DNA of 63,271 nt, filler included, from Octopus bimaculoides (GCF_001194135.2; 3 parts of 3 records of this genome joined end to end with filler, not necessarily neighbours in it); one strand, 5' to 3'; numbered from the whole stretch's first letter, positions 34,603 to 49,633 are shown. Numbers and translations: made by a program. Notes: generated by a model not told the origin, from the sequence alone.

Positions 34603-35858
34603 TTGGGTCATCCCATAAATAATGGTTTTCTTTCTTTTTTTTTTCAAAATTCAGATAAATTCATTTTAAAATCTATAATATACTTTCCCTGATTTTCTAC
34701 AATGCTCTTCCATCTATTTGGTAGAATTGCAAGGCCCTTCTTCAAAAATTCACTTGTCCGTAACGAAAATTACTTCTCCTGTTCTATTCTGATCTCGTCT
34801 ACAGAATTCATATTTTTTCCGTTCAAATGATTTGAAAACTGCAGAATAAATGATTATCAGATGGGACAATATCCAGCGAAAATGGTCAGTGGAGCATCGT
34901 CTCCTATTCAAACCGCTCCAACATTTGCAATGTCATCCTCGCTGTATGTGGCCGAGCATTATCCTGATGGAAGAACACCTTTTGTCTTGAAACCAAAGAT
35001 GGTCATTTTCCTTCTAACGCTGACTTACGTCGCTCAAACTGTTCGCAGTAGAACTCCTTTGTTATCGTGTGCTTTGGGTTTAAATTTTCAACGTGGATTA
35101 AACATTACATATCCCACCAAACAGATAACAAAAACCTTACGGGGATGAAGACCTTTAGCTTGGTGTGTCGGTGTTTCTTTAACTACCCTCTGTCTTCGGC
35201 GCTTGGATTCTTATACATTACCCATTTCTCGTCATCAGTCAATATTCGGTTCAAAAATGGTTCATTCGAGAGACGTGACAGCAAAGAAGAAGATACATTA
35301 ACTCACTGTGCGCGATGAGACTCGGAAAGTTTGGGAGGAACACATTGATCCAAATTGCTGACATGTCCGATGACATGCAACTGTAGATGAATGGTTAAAT
35401 AACCAATTCAAGCTTGTTCCTCGACAGCTACGATTTTGACCAACCAGCATTTGCGCGACGTTCTCGTCGAGCTCTGCAGATCTTCTAGCATGAAGTTCGT
35501 CTTCTAGGTTGTAGTTTCAGGCTCCGAATTCCTGGAACAACTGTTGGGACTGGCTTACGCTTATTGTACGATCATCATAAACTGCATTAATATTACTCGG
35601 AGTTTCCGTTGATCTGTTGCCTTTATTGAACGCAGTAAGGAAAATAGGCCGAATAAGTTCCTTCGTCATTTCCATTAAAGTTTTGAAAAAAATAACTGTG
35701 GAAATGGAACTGTCCTCTTTAAAACATGCACTAAGAAAAAGTACAAGTAAAATTACTGCCTGCTTTTATAGCAAGTTGATGCAGGTAGTTTATCTCGTCC
35801 CCCTCCGACTTTTAGTACATGCAATTGAAAAGATTGCATTATATAGGGGATGGCCTAA
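34603..35858 (-). mobile_element. Full-length decayed mariner (DD34D), 1256 bp
   Basis: TIRs ttgggtcatcccataaataatg / cattatataggggatggcctaa (18 of 22 match); TA TSD at 34601-2 and 35859-60. Translation: MEMTKELIRPIFL...LEDE...LTDDEKWVMY...VFFHQDNARPHTA...PFSLDIVPSDNHLF, with 34 residues between the last two D. Multiple stops and frameshifts. Confidence 0.92.
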
Positions 35859-36316
35859 TATTTAGCGTAGACAAGTTTACATTTCACCACTTGTATAGTG
35901 TAACTTATAGTATAATGTTGATACGAGCGAAATGCACACAAACACCCCCACACACTCACATTACTTATGTAATAAGTATATTGATCGACAGATATGTTTA
36001 TTATATATGCGTCTATGTACGTGTGTGTATGTGTATGTACGATGGGTATGAATATATGTAAATACACACACACACGTCTAATTATATATCTCCATCTATT
36101 TCTGTATTTCCCCCTTCTCTCATTCTCTCATCTCCCATCCCCTGACTGAGAACATATGGTAGATGCTCTACAAGCCCTCGAGCAAAATGTTTTCCCGCCT
36201 TGTTTGATTTGCAGTTATTTTTGCAAGACCTCAAAAGAAACATTGGTGTCGATAGAACATGATTGCCGCTTTATTTTACTGAACACTTGTTTGCCGTTCT
36301 CGACAAGAGAATCCAT

Positions 36317-36366
<50 letters not shown>

Positions 36367-36809
36367 ATTACAATTATTTCTGTTCTAGACCCCTCACTCC
36401 AAAAACAATTATAATTTCACTGGGATAAATCGTATGGGTGGGACAGCTTTCATTTTTGGTCAGCTAGATGAAATGTGGCCACTGTAGATTAATTTACTCT
36501 CAATATATCAAATTTGTCCGATATATATACATGAAATAAACTCGTAGTGTCATAGACCTCTCCAAAACGACAACATTTCACACTTATGTTTTGAATATAG
36601 TTGTGCTTCATGAAGCCTCATCTTTTATTGAACCATATTAGCATTATAGGGAGACAAACAATGGAATCCGTAGGTTTTCACTGATTATCTTGTATTTTCT
36701 TCCCTTTACGCTTTTTGTATTGACGCATTATAATCACCAATAAACATACAAGCATGATGTCTCTGTCTCTGTCGCTCTGTCTGTCTGTCTCTGTCTCTCT
36801 CTCTCTCTT

Positions 36810-36840
<31 letters not shown>

Positions 36841-38946
36841 CTCTCTCGCTCTCTCTCTCTCTCCATGTGTATGAGTGTCTTTGCAACACAAATAGAATGA
36901 AACTTTACTAAACATCTGGATTTCTTTAGTCCATTACGGTTTTATGTGCAAACTCATTGCCTGAAGTTACACCTATACAACTGTTCCTGTATAACATTTA
37001 TACAACGACATTTATTTTAATAATTAGAGAGTCTTATTTCATAGCAGCACCTATACAACCCTGTAGTCCATTTTAATAATTGATCAAATAAAATTACTGG
37101 TGATTTCTACGATACATGTTAGATACATAAGAATTATTTCTACGATAATAAAACTGGTCTCATTCGTCGAAACAAGTCAAAGTTGTCCACATAGTTTACA
37201 TTAGTCAATTCCTGTAAGCTCTGTCTATATATATATACTACGTTCTTATCGCAGTGAAGCCTATGGGAATAATGAAATGTTAACAGCAATAACTTTTTAG
37301 ATCAGTAACTCTGAATCTAAATGGACGAAAGTAGAAGGTTTCATGGCATTCAAGTCAACTCACCAGCATCTTCTTTTATAGCACATACAGATTTACTTTT
37401 TCAATTTATCTTATTATATTAGAGAGCTGTCCATGGGGGTTAGTTGAACTACATCGCTAAAATTTGTATGACATGAAGATCGAGACTTTTAAAGGTAACT
37501 AAAGTCTATTAGAGGATAAATTCCTGGAAACAATCAGTTGGAAGTTATACCTTTCAAAAGCCTATTCTCTCTGCAAATATTTCATTTGGGTAGATTTTAA
37601 TAATGAGTATTACAATAGTTTTAAATTATATGAAATTTAGAACATAATGATTTTAATTGTAGAAATGCGAGGAACAAAGCGGATACAAAAATATCAAGGT
37701 ACTTCAAGCTAAAAACAGAGACAACCACAACCACGTACATCCACTTCTCTCTCTTTCTGTCTCTCTCTCACACACACATATGAAATGCACAATTATAACG
37801 TAATTATGCCACTGGCGTATGTACTGTATTAGTGATGATATTGAAGCTAACGGCTCTGTTATACTGGATTAAACAGCATTCTTTATAGGTCTCTTTATAG
37901 TCAGAAGAATGCGATAGAAAATTGTGCTCTGATGAGTGTTCGGGTATCTATGAAAAATTAGGGAGAAGACCTAATTTTCCTGAAATGAAAAGGAGAACAA
38001 AATACATATTTTAATATCTGTGAAATTGTCAGAGTGTAAGACCTAAAAGCTTTCCTTGAACTACTGTAAATTTGTGTTGTAATTTTTAATACATATTTAT
38101 TACAAAATCAAATCTAAGTATCATAGGCACATATATTAAGTACAGATAAAATCTTATTCTTAATGGACCAAAACAGCAAGCTGTATACTCTTTGTTTTAG
38201 ACCCAGTAAAGAGACAGTGCTTATTCACTGATACGTAGAAAGCAAACGGTATTTAAAAAAAAAAAAAAATCAAATCTTATTCTTTATTTGTCACAGACTG
38301 AAGAGAATATATATATGTGCATTTATATCCTTTCCTATTGCAAGTTTCGAAAAGTATTATGTAAAGGCAATATATTTGTTTTGAAATACTTTACACAGAC
38401 GCAGGCACAGGTTTATTTAGGCATATATGTGTAGTGTAAGTCTATATAGAAACCTGAGTATGTACATATATGATGTAGATGTATGAGTTTTATATCATAT
38501 GTAACGTCATCTAAAAGAAATAACGCAGAGTAGCTAGTGAAATTTATATGAATATCATAGAGGCATATCTAACACTATGCAACGTACATTCTTGAATTAT
38601 TAAGATTATCTCTTGAAGATGGGTTGCAATTACCATATGGCAACTGAGATCATGTTCATGGAGAAAGAGAGATAATCGAGAACTAAATCTTCCTTACGCC
38701 ATTGAAGAAAAGGAAAGGCGTAGTGCCAGGATATAGGATATCAGTCGTAAACAAGGGTTTTTGCCCCCTTAGCGTGTCATCAGTGCGACAATTATTGGAC
38801 CTTATTGCTACCACAGAACAGGCTTAGACATATACAATACAGTAGAATAATAAAGTGCAGAAAATATTATGCCGAACACATGGCAATGTTTGCAAAAAAG
38901 AAAAAACGCACACAAACAAGCGCAACTACATCTATCTATCTATCTA

Positions 38947-38981
<35 letters not shown>

Positions 38982-39001
38982 TACGCACACACACACACAC
39001 G

Positions 39002-39053
<52 letters not shown>

Positions 39054-39054
39054 A

Positions 39055-39351
39055 GCGCAGGAGTGGCTGTGTGGTAAGTAGGTTCCTTTCCAGCCACATG
39101 GTTCTGGGTTCATTCCCACTGCGTGGCACCTTGGGCAAGTGTCTTCTACTATAGCCTCGGGTTGACCAAAGCCTTGTGAGTGGATTTGATAGACGGAAAC
39201 TGAAAGAAGCCTGTCGTATGTATGCATGTATATGTGTGTATGTGTCTGTTTACGTCCCCGCAACTTAACGGTTCAGCAAAAGGGTCCGATATAATACGTG
39301 CTAGGCTTACAAAGAATAAGTCCTGGGGTAGATTTGCTTGAGGCGGTGCCA
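39055..39351 (+). mobile_element. Bipartite SINE: family B head, short microsatellite, family A tail
   Basis: gcgcaggagtggctgtgtggtaag...gggttcattcccactgcgtggcaccttgggcaagtgtcttc (CORE-like)...gaaagaagcc-(tatg)n-gtttacgtccccg...gaggcggtgcc. Confidence 0.88.
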
Positions 39352-39583
39352 CACTTCTCATATGTATGTATGTATACGTACATATATACATATGAAAGTG
39401 CTTTATATATATAGATATATAAACACATTTATGGGCGTATAACCTATATATAAATGGGATACATTTTCAGGAAAAAAGTACACCTTGGATACTCAGATAT
39501 GAACTTAAATTCAATGAGGTTTTCTACAAATTAACAAGCAGACATACATATATACATTTTGTTTGCATATATATATATATATG

Positions 39584-39615
<32 letters not shown>

Positions 39616-39617
39616 TC

Positions 39618-39651
<34 letters not shown>

Positions 39652-39705
39652 CATATATATATATAATATAATATAATATAATATAATATAATATAAAGAG
39701 CGAGT

Positions 39706-39747
<42 letters not shown>

Positions 39748-40559
39748 TGAGAGAGAGAGAGAGCATTTTACATTGCTACCTATATAAATACACAAACAGA
39801 AGGAAACTGAAATAGATCTAGTTAGGCTATATAATGCCTAGTTTTAAGTGCAAATGGTAAAGTTAGTGTTAATCAACATAAGTCCATTAAGGAAATAAAT
39901 ATAAAGATATTATGAATACATTAATACAGAAATGACGAATGTATGAACTTATAAATAACGGTGTAATATATAATACAAAACTCATAAAATTTTGGAAAAT
40001 TAAGCCATGTACAGTAAGGAAAAGAAAGGAAAATATAATACAAATATAAAAAAAGGATGTAATGTCTATTGGGATTTCTATTAGCAGAAAAATGACGAGA
40101 ATGGTCGTTCGAATTATTTTCAGTTGCAAAAAAATAAAGACACAAATAAAAATGAAACAAAATGGTGTGTGAAGAGTGAGTACACGCACACACACACACG
40201 CGCACACACACACACACACACACGCACACACAGACACGCGCACGCACACACACACGCACACACACACACACACACGTACACACACACACACACACGCACA
40301 TACAATCTTTATTATAATTTTTCCTAACCGGAAGTTATCTAAACAAACACGCATAATAATCAAATCACATCAGTAATATAATCACGTGGCAAAGAACAAA
40401 AACGTCCGGGAAACAATAGTTTTATTAATAGTTTCACTTTTCTGTCACATAATGGCTCTTGGCACAAATATATATACATACTCCCAGACGAAAATAATCC
40501 TGTCTCCCCTTACCATCACGCATATACGCACACGCCATTGTACTTACATAATGAGAGCC

Positions 40560-40599
<40 letters not shown>

Positions 40600-41946
40600 A
40601 TGTGTGTGCGTGTGTGTGTGTGTGTGCATATAAATTGATATCTGATATCTATATAGAAAATGTGTGTGAATACTTGTGTGAAATTATGTATTTGTATATG
40701 CAAACATCTATGTACATACACACACTCATGGATAGATAGATACATACATAGAAAGGTTTAAGTAAGTAGATGTATACTTGCTCAGACATGTTTGCCTATA
40801 TGTTGGTTTGTATACTTACGTTGGATAGATGAAGAGTTGGATTTAGATAGAGGGAATTGTTTCAAGTGCAGATATTATCGTTAGGATGAAACAGATGTAT
40901 GTTTTCGAGGGAGAAAGGCATATAACACAATATATTATCGCAGGTAACAAATAAGTTGAGATCTCAAATACAATCAAGAATCAAATGTCCTCATTTCTAA
41001 AAATAAATTTGGCATCATTTCTAAAAATAGCCAAACACATNNNNNNNNNNNNNNNNNNNNNNNNNNNNNNNNNNNNNNNNNNNNNNNNNNNNNNNNNNNN
41101 NNNNNNNNNNNNNNNNNNNNNNNNNNNNNNNNNNNNNNNNTATATATATATATATTCATGTTTGTGTAAACGTATATATTTTGTGTGTATTTATACGTTT
41201 GTGTATGTATATGCACGAGTATACGTACTTTTGTGTATGTATATGCAGGAGTATACGTACATTTATATATGCATATCTCCTTGCTGTAAAAGCAAACATG
41301 CAACAACGCTCGTGTTTGTTTACAAATCATACGATACTTCTGGTAAATGTTCCTTACATTGCAACTCGGAATGTTAGAAATAGTTATTTTATAGTCTACT
41401 ATTTCGTACAGTATAACGTGAACTATATGTTAATATTCGTTGCATAACTCACACACAGATTTTGCTTTGGTCTACAATCTTGTTTGTTCTCCGATGTATT
41501 AAATGAGCACTTTTATGTATATCACTGTATCGGCTGAGTCCATATCTTGTGCAATAAATATTTACACACTCATATCTAAATACACATAAATGTGTGTATG
41601 CGTGAATGAATGTATTCACATATAAATACTTGATAAGTTTGTGATGGTTAATACAGGTGTTCTTCTGTCACAAATGTAGCCAATCAAATGAATACAAAGT
41701 AGTCGTTCCAATGACTGCATTTAACTATATTGTTCTTCAAATCCAGCAACGAAAACATCGACTCGTGGGTCGATATAAAACAAAAATATCCCGAGATACT
41801 CGAGGCGTTTCCATTAAATACAAGAAGCATTTCCAATTGGCTGTCTGCCTAGTCAAAAAAAAAAAATCGGTAATATTCTGAATTATATTTCCAGGAATTC
41901 CTATGCAGCAGTGGAAGTAGCCACAGAACGGGCGTTTGCTGTGTGT

Positions 41947-41990
<44 letters not shown>

Positions 41991-42219
41991 GTAGTAGTAG
42001 TAGTAGTATTAATATCGTTACTGTTACCAATACAATTAGTATTAACACTACAGCTACAAATCCTTTTACTACTGCTTCAACAATCAGAGAGAGAATCGCC
42101 ATTACTTATCGACATCGAACATGATTAATGTACTTGAAATAAACACACGCTAGCAAACACATTTGCACATTTGTGTGTATATATATGTATATATGTATAT
42201 GTGTATATATATATATATG

Positions 42220-42262
<43 letters not shown>

Positions 42263-42572
42263 NNNNNNNNNNNNNNNNNNNNNNNNNNNNNNNNNNNNNN
42301 NNNNNNNNNNNNNNNNNNNNNNNNNNNNNNNNNNNNNNNNNNNNNNNNNNNNNNNNNNNNNNNNNNNNNNNNNNNNNNNNNNNNNNNNNNNNNNNNNNNN
42401 NNNNNNNNNNNNNNNNNNNNNNNNNNNNNNNNNNNNNNNNNNNNNNNNNNNNNNNNNNNNNNNNNNNNNNNNNNNNNNNNNNNNNNNNNNNNNNNNNNNN
42501 NNNNNNNNNNNNNNNNNNNNNNNNNNNNNNNNNNNNNNNNNNNNNNNNNNNNNNNNNNNNNNNNNNNNNNNN

Positions 42573-42629
<57 letters not shown>

Positions 42630-44145
42630 TATATCTGTGTGCATATGTATTATATGTGTGTTTATGCAAGTATGTACATATATATCTTATACTATATAGT
42701 GTGTAAAAATATTTTATATGAATGTGTATATGTTTTTATATGTAAATATGTGTGTCAGTAGATGTGAGTCTGAACACGTATACATAAATGTGTTTGCAAG
42801 GTCGCTCCATATTAAATATTACTCGCACGTGAAGCATGTCAAAGTATCTGAAACTTTTAAGTGTATTTGCCAAGTAAAATGGAATGAGTTCCTGGCAACT
42901 AAGTCTACGACTTAGCATTTCGTTCGAAATTATAATTCTTTTATTGCAACTGGGAAACACTTTTCAAGATTCATGCGTGCATATATAATGTCACTAATAC
43001 TACTTCAGCTTTTAATATAAAGTCAATATATCGTGCTGTGCGTTGTAAAATTTAGCTTTGATATAATTCCAGTCATATAGCATTCGATGAAATATGTGTA
43101 GTGAAATTGCCGTGACGAGTGAAAAAAACAACGTTTCGGATAGTTTCCTTCTTCGAGAAAATCTTAAAAGTGAGAAAGGTATATGAGACAGCTGTGTTAT
43201 TTATGTTGTAATAAGGAAAGAAAAAAGACTCCAACTCGCCATTTCTACAATCTGAATAAGTAGTACAATCTCTGAAACACCGGGTTACTGGCTATTCCGT
43301 TCCTCGCAGCAAGATTACGTAGCCAGCACTTTCAGTAAGGTATACTTCACTATGAGATGAGATAGGATATATACCGGTAATCCCACGTAGATTACTGAAA
43401 GTGCGGAATAAGAACTACCATGCAGTAATTAATGCAACTTCGGTTTCGACTAAAATATACTATTGCACTCTACATGACAGCATTTTGTTCATTCTGCCTC
43501 ATTTGCTTCATTACACGGAATGTTTATATGCATCTATCTGACTTTCTCGAGATTTGTTGCCGTCTCTCTCTGTTCCACTCGCTTTCAGCTGTTTTACTTT
43601 CCCCTCCCCACTACACACATGTTTTAGCAAATCTCATAGCCAGTAGCCCCATTATGGTTAAATGAACTTTGTAATGAAGTGCACACATTACATGATATTC
43701 ACAATATTGGTCATTACTATACTTGCCACTAAAATGTATCCCAAAATATTTCAGTAGTTTCGTTCAAAGTAACTAGAGATAAGTAGTGGAAAAAAAATTA
43801 TACATGAGAAACGAGTAACATTGCTGACTTCATTCAGCTACACATCTACTCCCCAGTCAAACACAATAATATTGATTCTTTTCATTGGCTCGGGATCCAA
43901 GAAAATATTAAGGTGGTTTTTCAATCTTATTGATACCCTTTCTTCGATCGAAATTTTTTCCTATATATTATTTAATTCCTTCGTCTGAATGCTGTACATA
44001 TCAAAATCATTGTCAGTCATACAGTAGAATTTTCATGAAGTAAACCAAATAATGCAAATTGCCTGGACTGGTTCACATTGTTTCTGCCCTTCTAATACAG
44101 TTTTGCGTCAGCAAAAACCAGTGGTGGTAATGGTAATAATTTCTA

Positions 44146-44348
44146 ATTTGGCACAAGGCCAGCCAGTTCGTGGAAGGGGTTAGGTCAATTACATCATACC
44201 AATTCCTCAACGGTTACTTATTTAATTGTTCCCTAAATGATGAAAGGCAAAGTTAACATCGGCAAAATTTAAACCCAGAATGTAAAGACGGACGAAATAC
44301 AGCTAAGCCTTTTGGCCGTCCTGCTAACTATTCTGACAGCTTGCCGCC
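44146..44348 (-). mobile_element. Family C SINE
   Basis: ttggcacaaggcc...tgatgaaaggcaaagttaacatcggcaaaatttaaacccagaatgtaaagacggacgaaatac.gctaagc...ctaac.attctgacagcttgccgcc. Confidence 0.8.
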
Positions 44349-44774
44349 AATGATAATTGCTTCTCACACGATCTCACATTTCTCGTGAACTTTAGAGATC
44401 CCGAGTGAAATAAATCACCATGCGCGCCATGGCATGTGCTCCTTCCCCCTCCTTACTTTTTAGCCTCCAAGCGCATCCTGAGAGAGCATCCTGAAAGGAT
44501 GAATTTCGTTTCTAAAAAGGAAAAAGCGATGTTGATTTCGCCGAAAAACAAAATAGTTCGCTTTCAGTTCTTTCCATCTCGTTCGCTACAAATGAGGAAA
44601 TCTGTTTTCCCTTCTCGGCGTCCCGTTATTCACGATAAAGTTTGGTCATTGCCAGATACGTCATAACTTAAAATCAGTTGTTCAGCATAACTCCTTGAGT
44701 TATCAAGTAGCGAACACTGCACGACTGCCTGCAGTAAAGTCTGCTGTGGGTAAGCTTTCTGTGATCCTATTGTG

Positions 44775-44860
44775 AGTGTATGGAGCATTCACAATACTTT
44801 GGTCGCTCCGAGGCTATAGCAGTGAACACTTACCCAAGATTCCACGCAGTGGGATCTTTA
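44775..44860 (-). mobile_element. Family B SINE fragment
   Basis: Reverse complement cccactgcgtggaatcttgggtaagtgttcactgctatagcctcggagcgaccaaag matches 39115-39175. Confidence 0.65.
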
Positions 44861-46154
44861 TTGCGTGAAATCAATACCTAACATAACACAATTCAGTACT
44901 TTGCTTTAATAAAATATTCGCATTATCACCACGTAGAAATAACATTCACTGCTAGACATCTCAGTCTGTTTTGTTTTTTATTGAATCGCTAATATTTTCC
45001 TACTCGTCTTTCAAGAAATATTTTTTTTAATGCAAGTGTAACTGTAAAGTACTATAGTTTATAGAAACCCACGAAAGGCATTTAATGCAGAAATAATTTT
45101 AGATTGATTCGGTACGTCAAGGACGTTGCATAATTTCGATTGAAGACTCTTAAGGTTAAACTATGAAAGAAAAACAAAAAGCATTACTGTCCTCTTATGT
45201 TCGTCACATTCCTGTCAACCGTACATTTGCCTCAATTGTATATCTGTTTTATTATCGTGGATATACGATGGTGATAGATAAGAAAATAAAAATATTACGA
45301 AAATATATGTTGAAAAATATATAAAAAATGATGAAGTTATCTTGCAGAAGATTTCCTGGATCGTATATGTAGGCTTCCATAGAATTACTGTAGTTTATCA
45401 CCCAACGGAACAGCATTTCGCTTTCACTACATTAACTTTGATTATAGCAGTCTTTCATTATTTTTCACAGTCATCTATCACTCAAAGAAATCGTGCAGTG
45501 CCTTCGACAAGATGGATAATTATGATTAATGCAGATCCTAAGAACACCCGACAAATACATGCACACACACATGCACACTCCCCCCCCTCTATCTCTCTCT
45601 CTCTTCCTCTCTCACACACACACGCATATATATTGTGTGTGTGTGTGTAAGTGAGAGATTTTTCGTGCTTGGTGATTTTAATGTGTATATTTACTATTTG
45701 TGAATGATAGAAAGAAACGTGGGTAAAAGAGACATTAGGAGACTCCGAAAACTGGCAAATTGGATTATGGTCATATAAAAGAACAAAACGTCGAAGCAGA
45801 ACAAAAGAAACGAGAAAACTAACGTTATGTTTTGTGGCTAAAACATAAGCCATAAATTCAAAATTAGCGACAACTAATTAGCTACGCGTACTATAACCAT
45901 ACCGTACTATGTTATTTCTTTAGTAGTTTGTCAACGCTAATTGACTCATTAATATTTTCCAACTGTAAATTAAGTATAAGTTTGGTATATTATTATTTCT
46001 TCTTGAGAATGTTAAATTAATGGACAGTGTGTTTCTTGTTAGCTGGACTAATTACATTTCCAAATATAAGTAATACTACACCTGCATTTGAAAATACCTA
46101 TTGGCATCGATGTATATACACACACACACAACCATCGCACTACGCAAACGAAAT

Positions 46155-46220
<66 letters not shown>

Positions 46221-46491
46221 CATACACATAGAGAGAAAATGAGTGACTGAGAAAACTAGAAAAAGACACTGATAGATTTTGCGTAACTAGCAGATTTAAA
46301 TCCATGGTATTATTTCATATTGTCACCGCAGTAGATATCAAATACATTCAGTGCGTGTGAGACACATGAAGTGAATAAGTGGATGACAGCATGATCTACA
46401 ACACCCGAGGAATACAAGATGTGCGGGCACACACACACTGCGTGTATNNNNNNNNNNNNNNNNNNNNNNNNNNNNNNNNNNNNNNNNNNNN

Positions 46492-46503
46492 TTAATTAAT
46501 TAA
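46492..46503. other. TTAATTAATTAA linker between N runs (assembly artefact)
   Basis: As 30028-30039. Confidence 0.85.
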
Positions 46504-46547
46504 NNNNNNNNNNNNNNNNNNNNNNNNNNNNNNNNNNNNNNNNNNNN

Positions 46548-46617
<70 letters not shown>

Positions 46618-46874
46618 GAAACTTTCTGTTTGTAAATCTCTCAACGTGAGACATTCAGTAACAGTACAATAGATTAAAGATAATTTGCCAACACAACGAG
46701 GCAGTCCTGGTTTAGAACGAATGGTATTGTTATTTAGCCCCAGAGTGTCGTATAGCCAATTGGAGACGATGTTCCCTGGGGCTAAATGTGAGTAACAAAA
46801 GTCCAAAACAATGACTAACTCTTTATTGTGGCAAATCATCTTTGCTCTCTCTCTAAACACACACGCGCACAGAC

Positions 46875-46946
<72 letters not shown>

Positions 46947-47055
46947 NNNNNNNNNNNNNNNNNNNNNNNNNNNNNNNNNNNNNNNNNNNNNNNNNNNNNN
47001 NNNNNNNNNNNNNNNNNNNNNNNNNNNNNNNNNNNNNNNNNNNNNNNNNNNNNNN

Positions 47056-47093
<38 letters not shown>

Positions 47094-48091
47094 ACATTTT
47101 GCTAAACTAAGCTGCCATGAAGTTACATCGTATAACTCAGGCACTGAAATGGGAGTCCAACGCATCATACATCTGAAGCACATGTTAGGCAATACATTTT
47201 TTAAGATGATCCTTTAATCCTTTGTCATCTCATTTTCTAATGTCTCGTATGTGATCATATATGTTTGTGTGTCTGTGTGTCCATGTGTGTGTGTTTGTGT
47301 GCACTCACTCGTGTGTGTGCGCGCACGCGTATGTGTTTGTATGTATGTAGTCAAGAAAATGTAAAATTGACTTCCAAAAATGAAATATCGGAAATAGTCT
47401 TGCGAAAACAATATTTCTATGCAAGAATGAATACAATATTCAGATTATTATCATTTTTTTCCCGAAAAAAAACTTGTGTGTGATTTATTATCTGTCAGAA
47501 AATAATACCAAAAGTCTATTTATAATTTGAATTCCTCAAACAAAAATCCTAAAGATTTTCATTATTCTCGTGATATTAATATGTGCTTCACTTTTTGGTG
47601 TTAAAGGAAAATAAATATGTTGTGCTGATAAGAAGCCAAACGCATGTCATTCTATATTCGCAGCTGGGTTTGTAGTTAAGCTTAAGGCCAATTTATCATT
47701 ACTCCTCTTCTTTGATATACAGTGCACTGTGTAATGCCCGTTAGTACACTATAGAAGCCTGTTAAGAGAAGACGTCAGAGCAGCAAATTATATTAAAGTC
47801 TATATTATGTGTACCGAGAAAGATTTCAAAACCATAATTTATTTAACTGCACTGAGCTTTGAAATGATCTAATGAAATAAACTCGTTTGAGGTCATAGGA
47901 AATACGAATTTTCTAAACACACAATGATAAATTACCTGTGAAAACTAAGTTGTCAGAAGTTATTTTTGGACGTGCTGTTAGAAAGTAAGGTCAATCAAAC
48001 AATATTTGAATTAGGGTGTAACTGTTAAACTATATCAATATTTTTAATAATATGTTTTAATCATTTTCAAATTTATGTTCCTCCTATGTGA

Positions 48092-48127
48092 TTTTAATCC
48101 CGAGCAACGCCGGGTATCTCTGCTTGT
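48092..48127 (-). mobile_element. Terminus of the same Helitron-type family as 9696
   Basis: Reverse complement acaagcagagatacccggcgttgctcgggattaaaa matches actagcagaggcacccagcgttgctcgggaatgaaa. The other end was not located. Confidence 0.65.
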
Positions 48128-48150
48128 GTGTGTGTGTTTGCACATATATA

Positions 48151-48227
<77 letters not shown>

Positions 48228-48309
48228 AAGAAGAAGAATATACATATGAATATATACACACATATATGTACATATATATATATATATGTGTGTATATATA
48301 CATGTATAT

Positions 48310-48640
48310 ATAGGTACAGAACGTAAAAAGTGAACGAAATGAGAATCAAGAACATATAAAACATAAAACTCATGGAAAAGGGACTTTTTTCTTACAATAT
48401 AAGAAACAAATACAGAAACGAGGCAGGCAACATAAAGAACATTCCCTTCATCAGTTGTCCCCTGCTTTATCTACACCGAGTTTCGAAGGTAGGGACAAGA
48501 GGCGACTTCGTTAAAACAGTCCTTTCCACAAAGCAAACTTAATAAAATTTGGGATTTCTTGCGGAGGGCTAAAGTGGTAAGAAACACAAGGCAGTAAGAA
48601 CAAAACAGTAACACCAAACAGTGCGGGTTGCTAAGCCATA
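48310..48640. repeat. Interspersed repeat (family G), unclassified
   Basis: aataaaatttgggatt.c.tgcggaggg..aaa.t.gtaa...aca.gacagt is shared with 62950-63065. Confidence 0.6.
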
Positions 48641-49587
48641 ACGAGGTGAAGAAGTGGTGAAGCTGGAAAACCGAGCTCTGAGAAGAGACAGACAAAATCA
48701 CGTCTTGTCTTTAGGAAATGGAAGAAAGAAAGATAGATAGGCGTTGGCTACGTGTGAGCAACGAGAGATTCAAGGAGGATGACGGAGAGACAGAGAGAGA
48801 GATAGAGAGAGAGAGAGATTGAAAGAGAGAGAGAGAAAGAAAGGGATCAGTGAAGGAGAGAGGAGAAGAATTAGAGAAAGGATAGGCTAGAAAAACAGAA
48901 AGGAAGAAGATTAAGAGAGGTAGGTACTTTGATGTACACATAGTAATCACACGCACAAAGATTGTTCCATATGTTGTTCCCAAATCTCACACAACGGGAC
49001 TAAAATATCAATACCATATTAGATTGAATACAATTTATACAAAGGAATGCTTGACAGTAGCGCATATGCTACTAGAAGAATTGTTGGGGTAAAAAATGGA
49101 AAATTTCTGAAAACATCCACTTCAGTTGGAAATAAATGTTGTCAATAAATTATATGGTAAGAAAATCTACAGAATGAAACAGTGCAAAATATAAATATAT
49201 GCTCCTTCATAAATGTTTACGTGGCACGTTGATATGATATATAAATATACAAAAAGTGCAGCAAATGTGTTTTATGGGAGAATAAAAATATGCTTTTGCA
49301 ATACTATATCATACATATGCATTTATATATGCATATATATTTACAAATGTATTATATATATATTTATATATATATATATATATATAACACAGAAATATAT
49401 ATATATAACACGTATAAATAAATATATATATACGTATATACATACATACACACTTACATACACATACATTCATACACACACATACACATATATACATTAT
49501 CGACAGGATTAAGGAAGAGATGGCACAAACGAAATATATAAAAGATATGCAAAAATTGCATGGATATATAGTATTTGTATACTTACA

Positions 49588-49633
<46 letters not shown>

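Noticed and set aside
41870-41950. Peptide NSYAAVEVATERAFAVC resembling a GPCR TM3 ERY motif
   Set aside because: Spacing does not fit, it is flanked by poly-A and (TAC)n, and no other TM segments are present.
30028-46503. TTAATTAATTAA islands at 30028-30039 and 46492-46503
   Set aside because: Identical six-frame-stop linker embedded in N runs; a technical scaffold spacer, not biology.
48445-48490. CTGATGA and CGAAA motifs on the minus strand of family G, as a permuted hammerhead
   Set aside because: Stems I and II cannot be formed without using core nucleotides.
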